Source of the DNA: Squalus acanthias
Lineage: Eukaryota
Direction: 5' to 3'
Assembly: GCA_030390025.1 (NCBI GenBank)
Contig: CM059448.1
Span: 25,544,001 to 25,608,000 of the forward strand
Length of the DNA stretch: 64,000 nucleotides
The position numbers and the translations under genes were made by a program. The notes below the pieces were generated by a model. It made no database searches, was not told where the DNA came from, and was given only the letters and a program-made list of their open reading frames with translations. Positions 51,610 to 62,654 of the stretch are shown piece after piece. The first letter of the stretch is position 1. Each line of letters starts with the position of its first letter.

Positions 51610-51960
51610 CTTCTGGTCTGTGCTAAGTTACCTGTCCATAGAAGACACGTTCTAATTGCCCTTAGTGCCTCTAGGTTAGGGAGGGGAAAATCATCCAAGT
51701 TCCCCACTCCTGAGCACTACTCAGCAAGCCGTCCCTGCTGAAAGTGCATGTGTGTGGACGTCAGGTGAGGGCAAAATTGAAACTCACCTGCCATGTGCCC
51801 CCCACAGTCAAACAGCATGGCAACACTCACTGTCGAGACTCGGACTGGAGGATTGACCACTTGGTTGAGATGCCCATCGGGATCTACCGGCCCAAGGAGC
51901 CAGCACCTTCATGAACAGAGAGGAGGGGAGGAAAGCAGAGAAAATTGACAAGAAAAAAAA
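51610..51960 (+). mobile_element. SINE-like family X copy
   Basis: ggtctgtgctaagtta...agggaggggaaaatca...gtgtgtggacgtcaggtgag...cagcaccttca. Confidence 0.55.
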
Positions 51961-52829
51961 TAGTTTAACAAATAGGGAATTAAAAATAATCTAGATGAGA
52001 TCCTGTACTAAGTATAAAAGCATTCTTCTGCTATATGTTTTGGCCTGTAGCCTCATTGTTTATTAAATGTGATTGACTTTAATTGCCACCAAGTGTTTTA
52101 TTATTCCAAACCGTCATTGATATTCTGCTCTGATTTCTCAAACTAAATTATATGTGAATGAACGTAGTCATACAGGACATCAGAACATTTAAAAGACTTG
52201 AATGCATCCCCAGTGGTGCTGTACAAATAACACAAATTGGGAAGGACGCGGGAGGTGTCAGGTCGGCTGCAAGCCTGCATTCATAATAAAGAAACACTTT
52301 CTCTATTTCAGCCCATTTTATGAATGGACCATATATTGAACTATTTGGCCTGAGGTGGGGTCAGCAATAAACTTTGATAAATTACTACAATTACAGTCCT
52401 ATTGTTTCTTACAATACTTCATAATGCACTTTAGTGTTCAATTAACACTTAAGTAATCACTTTAGACTGTAATTATGAGTCCATTAATTTGAGAAATATT
52501 AACATATTAATGTTTTTGTTGAAAGTTTTAGTGATAAAACTTTTAAACCCCTGTTTACTCGATCGGTATTACTTTCAAGTGAAAAGGAGGATAAACAAAG
52601 AGCATCAGGCCCGCCACATGCTCACCCTAGCTGTTAGATGGTGCAACTTAATGTACCACCTTCCCCAATCACTAGTAAAGCTAACTCCTTGTAGAGGTGA
52701 CAGAAGAGGAAAAAAAACCTGAGGCCAATTCCTCTTGACATTCTAAGGCAGTCAAAGAAGCTCCACGAGATCAAGGTAATGCATCATCAGACATCCTGGG
52801 ACTTGCGGCCTATATTTTGAGCAATGCAT

Positions 52830-53190
52830 CCGAAGAATGATGTTTCCCTTTTTTTATCACTGCTGCATGTGTGGTGACAATTTAAGAGTGTTTTCCACTA
52901 AAACCCACAAATCTCTCTCCTGTGCTGTAGCTTATTTTGTTCTCCCATTGTTTGATTCCCCTCCCCTTTGAACTTCTTTACATTAAATCATATCTTCCAA
53001 TTTCCCAACTATCTGGATCCCTCTGCAACTGGTCCACCTGTTTCCTACTATTTACAGCCCCTTCCAATTTAGTACCATTGGTAAACCTGGAGAGCGATGT
53101 TACCATCCCTTCCTCTAAATCATTATTAGACATCGAAAATAACAATGGCCCCAGAAATGATACCTGCTGCACTCAGCTAATCACTTAATG
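52830..53190 (-). mobile_element. CR1 RT relic
   Basis: QQVSFLGPLLF...NDLEEG..SRFTNGTKL resembles PQGSVLGPLLF...FADDTKL. Confidence 0.75.
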
Positions 53191-54769
53191 TTGATCTATG
53201 AAAAAAAACATTGGAACAAAACGGAAATTTCCAAACACTAATAAGTAATCATTGGTTTTGGTGCACCGAGTGAAATCTGTGCAACATAATTAAGCAACGT
53301 CTCTGATCCTACTGACAATTATACGGCCCAAAATTCTTCATTTTATGTCCTATTTGTAGTTGGATGTTCTCAATATATAGCCTTCAAAAAACTGGAAGAT
53401 TCTAGCTGTACCCTCATTAATATGGGCTCTTCTGCCAATTGCAGTTTGGGTTTACATTACTGACCACTATTAAATATCCCACAATGATGTCTTCCATACT
53501 GGGCCACTCTTGTAAAAATAAGGTTTATCCATGCATAGTTAGATACGACAAATTACTCGCCTGTGAAAAACCATTATGTCACAAAATAATTGTCTACTGA
53601 TACAAGGGATGTTAGGGAGATTGATGATTTATGTGTTTGCTTACCTATCAAATCAGGTTTGCTCTTTGATTTTCTTTATTAGAATGGGAGGACCATTGTA
53701 TGCTCCATTAAACACTCCTCACATTTTTCAAATGAGTAGATGGAAGGGTAATGGATGGTGTGAACACCATGGGTTATTGACACATGGTACATCAGTATGT
53801 CATAATATATTGTCATTCCTGTGGGAATAATATGACTCTTGATTACATTACTATGTGGTGTCTTTATGTATGCAGCCTCTGTTATGCACAACAATCTATA
53901 ATGTATCTTGTGCTGTGTATATCTCCATTAACTCAATAAACAACATAATTAAAAAGTCAATTGGACTTGCCTCATAAATGTGCCACTGCTCTTCCTTATA
54001 TGCAGACCTTGCTGCTTGTGGGGAATGATCCTTCATTTGCTCCAATAATTTACATCTGTAATGTTTACTTGAAAATGTTAATTTATTACAGCAGCTAATC
54101 ATTCCAAGCCTAGGCAACAGCGCACAAGCAGAGCTGAATCTAAATTCTCTCTTTGTATGCACAGCTAACTTTTACTAACTATTCATTTCTGTCAGAAGAA
54201 ATAAGCAAATGCATCAAGCAGGTTTTGCAATGCCATGGCCACGTTTGCAGTAAAGTAGCCATAGTTAATCTGCTTCAGCAGTACAGATTCAAAGCCAAGG
54301 AAGAATTGATCGTTGGCATTTTTTGTTTCCATATTTTTTTTAAACCAAGGTTGTGATATTTCTTTAAAGCAAAATTCTTTGGCTGTATTTTTCACATTTT
54401 TTGCTTTACTTCATATAATTTCAGTCAGTGAGAATTATCAATAGTGGAATCTTTGCATAGCACCATCTTGGGCTATTATTCTCAAATGAGTTGGAGTTCC
54501 TGTACCAAAATTTTTAATAATAAAAAGAATTAATTCTAAGATTGCAACATTTTCAGTATGGTGGTAATTATTTCTGATTGCAACCAGTTATGTTTGCCCT
54601 TCACACCTAATATTAATGTGTTCCCACTGTTTGCTCGATGGCAACGGACTAAACTGACCACACAACTGATTTATTGGGGGTTATGGAAATCTTCCTTTCA
54701 TTTCCGTGGACAAATAGTTTTAATAACGTGGAGGACGAACCAGCAGCAAAATAAAAAGTTGTAGATAAT

Positions 54770-55541
54770 GGCCCAGAAATTAAACATCGATGGTTCCCGC
54801 GGGGGTAAGGATTCCCCGCGATATCGCACTCCGCGCCTACCTTTTTGTTTGGGGCCCACACGAACTTTAGTTTCAGAGCCTCTTCTTGTTGCAACCGTGC
54901 AGTGCTTGCGTATCCCAGAGGCGCAATTAGTTCGTGCGAGCTCTGGGATCACGTGATTCAGTTAGAGCCAATGGCAGCACACCATCTTTCATTCATAGTT
55001 TTGACAGCAAGAGCTGTCAAAGCTATGAATACTACAAACCCCCAAAAGAACAGCTAAACCTCAATTAAATTAAAAAAAAACCCCATCACATTAGTAAAAT
55101 AAGTATAGTTAAATAAATTAACCACTTTAAACAAAAAATTAAATTTTTGGAAAAATTTAAAATCTTTTTAAAAGTTATAAAAATAAACTTACCTTTCTTT
55201 AAAGTCTCTAAAAAAGATAAACCTGTTGAAAAAAATTTAAAATAACACTTAATTAACTACTTACCTTGTTAAAAGGGGGTCCTACGCCTGCTTTCTTTAT
55301 GTGTAAAATCTTCACCTCTTACCTGCGCGTTCAAAGCTGAAAAAAAAACTAAGTGCACTGCGTGCGCACAACCTGTAGCGCGCACGCGGGTCACTTAGGA
55401 ACCGCCCCCTTTGCAATTCACGAAGTGCCGGTTTCCCGCGCATGCGCAGTGCATGCAGGAAACCGGCAATTCGGGATCTAATACGCGAGAGTACACAGTG
55501 CGTATTGTTTTAATTTTTAATACAGGTTTAATTTTTGGGCC
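54770..55541 (+). mobile_element. Family A MITE, complete
   Basis: AAT|GGCCCAGAAATTAAAC...GTTTAATTTTTGGGCC|AAT. Confidence 0.9.
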
Positions 55542-56345
55542 AATCTCTCTCCAGTCTACCTGTGACTGGAAGTGGGAGAGAGTTTTTTTTCCCCCCTCTT
55601 TCCTCCTTCCTCCCCTGCCCCTTCGCTTTCCTAAATATCGGCAAGAGCCGTTGTATTCAGAGCTGTGAAGTGAGTCCACTCTGAGTGACTCAGATAGTGA
55701 GGGAGTTTCTCAGTTTAGTCACAGAGGCTGGAGAAATTGTTGCCAATGTTGGGGGGTGGGGGGTTGGCAATAGATTTCTGTAAATCCAGATAATTTACTC
55801 TCAGTTTAAAAAAAAACAAATACAGCAGGTGTGTGGCATTTACAGCTTTGGGACTCTTTTCATAACCTCACTAAAAATATCTCTGCTGAGCTTGTAATTA
55901 TTTTTCTTTAATCTATCAATTACATAATGTTATGTGCTTGAATCTACACCTTTGGTTTTAATATGTGTTTTATGAAAGAAAAAGCACTTAATGTTCAGCA
56001 ACTTCACACCTAAAATCACCCAATGGACAAGGAAACAACTGATGAAGGTCTGGTGCAGCTTGCCCAATAATATTGCTGAAATTCATTAGCTTGTGGCAGC
56101 TCTACGATGTGCTTGGTTGACACTTTGGGAATGTGTTATTTTTAATCACTGCTCTGATTAGTGTTCATTAATATTGCTATATCTGCCGCTAACTGGAGCT
56201 TGTGTCTTCTTCTGTCAAGTTGCACTGATCTAGTTGGAGCTGGAAAGAAAGAAAAGCGCAACAATGTTTATTAACTCTCATTGAATAGATGTTCCAACTT
56301 TTCACCGATTTCTCCTAATATCTATTTTTTCCACTTTTGTTTCAG

Positions 56346-56375
56346 TGTGACAGTGAAAGTGACCCAGATGAGAAG
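56346..56375 (+). CDS. FBRSL1: 30-nt internal coding micro-exon (CDSESDPDEK) of an AUTS2-family gene, most likely fibrosin-like 1
   Basis: Long pyrimidine tract ...ttttttccacttttgtttcAG, then TGTGACAGTGAAAGTGACCCAGATGAGAAG, then GTAAGA; phase 0/0. The peptide matches recalled human FBRSL1 CDSESGPDDK (8/10) and AUTS2 CDSDSDQEEK (7/10), where it is also a 30-nt exon. Paralog choice is uncertain from 10 aa. Confidence 0.75.
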
Positions 56376-58072
56376 GTAAGATTACATTCGTTCACAGCTG
56401 GGCAACCCGTGTTAACACTTATGTCGATAGTTTGTTTGGAGGATTACATACACAAGTCCACGCATAAGGACGATGGTTATATATGGAAACAGGAAGTGTA
56501 TTTCTTTTTATTATTAAGTTTTGAGAAAAAAGTTTCTATTATTTGATTTAAAGGAAGTACAGCCACAAAACCTCTCCACGATCTTGGTTTATTCTGCAAA
56601 CTCAGTGAGAGAAAACATATCTTTCAGAATTGATTGGCTGTTGTCTGGCAGCTTCAATAAAGAAATAGTTTGTGGCGTAGTCATTGTCTGCTGATCTTTG
56701 ATGAGAATGCAGCAGCATTTCTGGATCACATCCTCACCTAACACATGATTTGCTCGTGATGATCTTCCATCGGGCTCGGCTTATCGTACCTACGCCACTG
56801 CGAATGAAGTATTCTAGAAATGAAAAAAATCACGTTTGGAAGTAAATAAATCAATGAGGTGGGGAATTGTAGCCTGGGATGGTGCTTGCAAAAATAATCA
56901 TAATTATCATTTGAAACCAAGCAAGGTGAAAATTGCTTATACTTATCACATTGCTCGCAATTAATTTGAATTGGGAATGTTTGGGGATTGTGAAATTCTG
57001 TTCATTTAATAGTAATAATTGCGTTTTGTACAGCTATCTAAATGAGTTTAGGGATTAGGCGCTGAATTGATGTCATTTCTACTGTGTATGGCTGTAGGCC
57101 TAGATACATTGAGATTACCCCCATCTTGTCTGCTTCATTTGTTTCTGTGGTGAAAGCACTGATGGCCAGCGTGAGTTTGCTTAATGAGAATGTCCAATTA
57201 GACGACTGCATTCTGTACTGCTACCATGCTGTGCCTTTTTACATTAAAACCACTTGGCTTTTCCTGGCCTATCGCTACATTTGGTAAAATTAAACCTACA
57301 TTGTTTTCTGTCTGAATGCCATTAATCATTTATTTTGGATGAAACCATATTGAAATATTGGATGCATGTCCTTTTTTTTCCATAATTAAGTGACTTCATG
57401 ATGGACCTACTCTTAACTGAGCTCCACTTGAATTGGCCTTAACTTTTCCAGTCTTGCCCAGTTTGGAGACGAGCTCTGGCACCCCTAGTGTTTTTGAGAA
57501 CTTGTTTGCATCTAATTTCAAGAGTAGTTCTGGTTCCTATGATCTATGGGTTTGAGTATGAGAACTTGCAGATGTTCCCTGATTGTTACAATTAAGTCCA
57601 ACTGGTCAGAAGCAAACTGGAGAAGGTTGGTTCGCAAAATGGTGGTTCGAAGCAGAGTTTGAGCTGCCCGAATGATGCCTGAATGTTAAGTTCTTTTCAA
57701 CCATAGTTGTTACTCGTTTTCCGTTTGATACTTGATTATTAGAAGCCTGAACAACATGATAAAGGTAGTTCCCAAAGTGCAGTATAACCAGGGAATTAAT
57801 GAGTCCTTTAACTGCAAGGTCAGGGTGTCACTGGTAAAATTTTGATCTGACGTTAAAGCTAATTGCCTAGAGCACTGCGGCATGAATTTTAAGCCTTCCA
57901 ACATCGTAGAATCGTCCTCCCTTTCTGAGGATGAATCATGCATTATGCTATTCCATGTCGAGGAACCGTTCTGCAGTAGCATGTGATTAAAATTAATATT
58001 TGATCACCTCCCCAATGGCTCAATTAATAAAGGTGTGAAACCAAACTATACAGATTTGTGCTACGTTTGCTG

Positions 58073-58760
58073 ATAGAAACATAGAAAAATAGGAGCAGGA
58101 GTAGGCCATTCGGCCCTTCGAGCCTGCTCCGCAATTCAATCTGATCATGATGCGGAGATGCCGGTGTTGGACTGGAGTGGACAAAAGTGAGAAGTCGCAC
58201 AACACCAGGTTATAGTCCAACAGCTTTATTTGAAATCACAAGCTTTCGGAGCTGCATCAGGTGAAGGAGCAGCCGTTCCGAAAGCTTGTGATTTCAAATA
58301 AAGCTGTTGGATTATAACCTGGTGTTGTGCGACTTCTCACAATATGGTCATGGCTGATCCTCTATCTCAATACCATATTCCTGCTCTCTCCCCATACACC
58401 TTGATGCCTTTTGTGTCTAGAAATCTATCGCTCTCCTTCTTAAATATATTCAGTGACGTGGCCTCCACAGCCTTCTGTGGTAGAGAATTCCAAAGATTCA
58501 CCACCCTCTGAGTGAAGACATTTCTCCTCATCTCACTCCTAAATGTCCTACCCCGTATCCTGAGACTGTGACCCCTCGTTCTAGACCCCCCAGCCATGGG
58601 AAACATCCTCCCTGCATCCAGCCTGTCTAGCCCTGTCAGAATTTTACACGTTTCAATGAGATCCCCTCTCATTCTTCTAAACTCTAGTGAATACAGGCCC
58701 AGTCGACCCAATCTCTCCTCATACGACAGTCCTGCCATCCCAGGAATCAGTCTGGTGATC
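58073..58760 (-). mobile_element. CR1 LINE 3' end
   Basis: ITRLIPGMAGLSYEERLGRLGLYSLEFRRMRGDLIE...; tail interrupted at 58150-58340. Confidence 0.9.
58150..58340. mobile_element. Foldback Penelope-like terminal-repeat element in a CR1 tail
   Basis: 64-bp inverted arms (58187-58250 and 58277-58340, one mismatch) around broken hammerhead remnants; degenerate TSD aatctgatcatg/aatatggtcatg. Confidence 0.8.
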
Positions 58761-58764
58761 TTTG

Positions 58765-59050
58765 CTGGCCTGGCAGTAGAGGTGCTACCGACCATCTCCA
58801 TCCCCCCAGGCTAGTGAAAGGAAAAATCAGTCCGGGTTTCCATTCCTAATTACCATCCGGTTATTCTTGCAAGACAGTGCAGACACTGAGTCAAAACATC
58901 AGGCTCCACTGTGATGACCCTCACAGCTGAATAGCTTGCTGGCCCTCACTCTCTTGGTTTACACAAGAATGGCCACTTGGGTGAGATACCAAGGGTGCCC
59001 GGTGCCCAAGCCTCAGTCAATGGCTTCAGCAGAGAAGGGAAGTATGTAGA
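58765..59050 (+). mobile_element. SINE-like family X copy
   Basis: ggaaaaatcagtccgggtt...gaatagcttgc...aagaatggccacttgggtgagatacc. Confidence 0.5.
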
Positions 59051-59423
59051 AATGGGAGAAGCAAGATTTAAAAACTTACTATTTACCTTCCGCTGCAGTT
59101 GCTCACTTCAGTGCATATTGGCAACAGGGACCCTTCGTTTAACAAGAGAGTGAACAAATATTCCTCAAAATCAGATATTATCTTCTAACCTGTAGCGCAC
59201 ATTCAAGTGAAGTTCAGAGTGAAAGGATTTTCCTTATTTGTACTGTAGAAAGTTAGATTAATATATTGAAGCAAATGTTCATTTGGTACTGATTTTGCTT
59301 GGAGTTTGTGGAATGCAGTTTTACAAGTCAGGAATCCGTGGGATGCTGTATAGGCTGGCAAGGAATCTACAGAATGCAGGATCCACTGTGGAAAAATCTG
59401 TGGGATGCAGCGTGGACCAGCTA

Positions 59424-61995
59424 GGAATGTGCAGGATACAGCATGGGCTGACCGGGAATGCGAAGGATACAGCATAGACTGACCGGGAATGCGAAGGATA
59501 CAGCATAGACTGACCGGGAATGTGAAGGATACAGCATAGACTGACCGGGAATGTGCAGGATACAGCATGGACTGACCGGGAATGTGCAGGATACAGCATG
59601 GACTGACCGGGAATGTGAAGGATACAGCATGGACTGACCGGGAATGTGCAGGATACAGCAAGGGCTGATCGGGAATGTGAAGGATACAGCATAGACTGAC
59701 CGGGAATGTGCAAGATACAGCATGGACTGACCGGGAATGTGCGGGATACAGCATGGACTGACCGGGAATGTGCGGGATACAGCATGGACTGACCGGGAAT
59801 GTGCAGGATACAGCATGGACTGACCGGGAATGTGCGGGATACAGCATGGACTGACCGGGAATGTGCGGGATACAGCATGGACTGACCGGGAATGTGAAGG
59901 ATACAGCATGGACTGACCGGGAATGTGAAGGATATAGCATGGACTGACCGGGAATGTGCAGGATACAGCAAGGGCTGATCAGGAATGTGCAGGATACAGC
60001 ATGGACTGACTGGGAATGTGCAGGACACAGCATGGACCGACCAGGAATGTGCAGGATACAGCATGGACTGACCGGGAATGTGTAGGATACAGCATGGACT
60101 GACAGGGAATGTGCGGGATACAGCATGGACTGACCAGGAATGTGTAGGATACAGCATGGACTGACAGGGAATGTGCGGGATACAGCATGGACTGACCAGG
60201 AATGTGTAGGATACAGCATGGACTGACAGGGAATGTGCGGGATACAGCATGGACTGACCAGGAATGTGCAGGATACAGCATGGACTGACCAGGAATGTGC
60301 AGGATACAGCATGGACTGACCGGGAATGTCCAGGATACAGCATGGACTGACAGGGAATGTGCGGGATACAGCATGGACTGACCAGGAATGTGCAGGATAC
60401 AGCATGGACTGACCAGGAATGTGTAGGATACAGCATGGACTGACAGGGAATGTGTAGGATACAGCATGGACTGACAGGGAATGTGTAGGATACAGCATGG
60501 ACTGACAGGGAATGTGCGGGATACAGCATGGACTGACCGGGAATGTGCGGGATACAGCATGGACTGACCGGGAATGTGAAGGATACAGCATGGACTGACC
60601 GGGAATGTGAAGGATACAGCATGGACTGACCAGGAATGTGCGGGATACAGCAAGGGCTGACCAGGAATGTGTAGGATACAGCATGGACTGACAGGGAATG
60701 TGTAGGATACAGCATGGACTGACAGGGAATGTGCGGGATACAGCATGGACTGACCGGGAATGTGTAGGATACAGCATGGACTGACCAGGAATGTGCAGGA
60801 TACAGCATGGACTGACCAGGAATGTGTAGGATACAGCATGGACTGACAGGGAATGTGCGGGATACAGCATGGACTGACCGGGAATGTGCGGGATACAGCA
60901 TGGACTGACCGGGAATGTGAAGGATACAGCATGGACTGACCGTGAATGTGCAGGATACAGCATGGACTGACCAGGAATGTGTAGGATACAGCATGGACTG
61001 ACAGGGAATGTGCGGGATACAGCATGGACTGACCAGGAATGTGCAGGATACAGCATGGACTGACCAGGAATGTGCAGGATACAGCATGGACTGACCAGGA
61101 ATGTGTAGGATACAGCATGGACTGACCAGGAATGTGCAGGATACAGCATGGACTGACCAGGAATGTGTAGGATACAGCATGGACTGACAGGGAATGTGCG
61201 GGATACAGCATGGACTGACCAGGAATGTGCAGGATACAGCATGGACTGACCAGGAATGTGCAGGATACAGCATGGACTGACCAGGAATGTGTAGGATACA
61301 GCATGGACTGACAGGGAATGTGCGGGATACAGCATGGACTGACCAGGAATGTGTAGGATACAGCATGGACTGACCAGGAATGTGCAGGATACAGCATAGA
61401 CTGACCAGGAATGTGCAGGATACAGCATGGACTGACCGGGAATGTCCAGGATACAGCATGGACTGACAGGGAATGTGCGGGATACAGCATGGACTGACCA
61501 GGAATGTGCAGGATACAGCATGGACTGACCAGGAATGTGTAGGATACAGCATGGACTGACAGGGAATGTGTAGGATACAGCATGGACTGACAGGGAATGT
61601 GTAGGATACAGCATGGACTGACAGGGAATGTGCGGGATACAGCATGGACTGACCAGGAATGTGCAGGATACAGCATGGACTGACCAGGAATGTGCAGGAT
61701 ACAGCATGGACTGACCGGGAATGTGCAGGATACAGCATGGACTGACTGGGAATGTGCGGGATACAGCAAGGGCTGATCAGGATTGTGCGGGATACAGTGT
61801 GGACTGACCGGGAATGTGCAGGATACAGCAAGGGCTGATCGGGAATGTGCGGGATACAGCATAGGCTGACCAGGAATGTGCGAGATACCATGTGGACTGG
61901 TCAGGAATGTGCAGGATACAGCATGGACTGACTGGGAATGTGCAGGATACCATGTGGACTGGCCAGGAATCTGTGGGACGCACCATGGCCTGCTA
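59424..61995. repeat. 31-bp minisatellite, about 80 units (GGAATGTGCAGGATACAGCATGGACTGACCG)
   Basis: Direct head-to-tail tandem array with variation mostly at two dinucleotide positions; degenerate units extend to about 59310 and 62260. Confidence 0.95.
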
Positions 61996-62392
61996 GCAAG
62001 GTGCAGGATACAGCGTGCAGTCGGTGGGAATGAGTAGAATACATCGTGGGCTGCTCTTAGAGGGCGGGCTGGCAAAGAAGAAGCAGAATCCAGCAGGAAT
62101 AGTGAGTAATCTATGGAAAACTGTCAGCTGAGAATCGATGGAATGCAGCAGGAATGGAAAGTAGTGTGTGGAATGCACAGGGCAGCCAGGAATCTGTCAA
62201 ATTTAGCAGGGACCGAGCAGTAAAATAGAGAATGTAGCAGTAGTAGCAAGTTATCTGCGAAATGCAAGAGATTAATTTGCTGGCACAATTGTTGATATTG
62301 TAGAGACTAGATTTTTATGAATTTGTGCTTGCGACACAGAGCTTCATTCACCTGGAAATGTGGGCATGAAGGTTCAGTGCGGACCGTCGGGC

Positions 62393-62654
62393 TACGGTTG
62401 CCAACCCTCCAGGATTTTCTTGGAGTCTCCAGGAGTTGAAGATTAATCTCCTGGGACACCGCTGTGAGAAACCAGGAGAAAAATTAGAGAGGCATTCAAA
62501 ACAATTGTATGTTTATTTTCCATTTTCTTTGATCACTTTGCTTTAGTTGTAAAAATATTGCAGATGGGAGAAGAGACTGTTTTAGTGGGTGGGGCGGTTG
62601 GAGGTCATGTGATGAAACCTCCAGGAGCACGTCCAACCAGAGTTGGCAACTCTC
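62393..62654. mobile_element. hAT-type MITE, inverted relative to the 19513 copy
   Basis: TACGGTTGCCAAC...GTTGGCAACTCTC; shared body gattaatctcctgg; partial TSD cgtcg. Confidence 0.7.

Larger units (their letters stand above)
1..56345 (+). other. Large intron upstream of the micro-exon (>56 kb)
   Basis: I found no other AUTS2-family exon upstream in the window; repeat-rich non-coding DNA. Very large introns flank this exon in AUTS2-family genes. Confidence 0.65.

Noticed and set aside
58250-58290. Functional hammerhead in the foldback elements (also 23990-24015 and 43644)
   Set aside because: The CUGANGA or GAAA core is deleted or mutated in these copies; only the 6618 copy has both cores.
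59424-61995. CRISPR-like array
   Set aside because: Units are head-to-tail with no unique spacers, there are no cas genes, and the context is vertebrate.
59203-62075. 834, 856 and 698 aa minus-strand ORFs
   Set aside because: They are translations of the 31-bp tandem repeat, which lacks stop codons on that strand. All three frames are open and give the same 31-aa periodic peptide, with no domain or gene structure.
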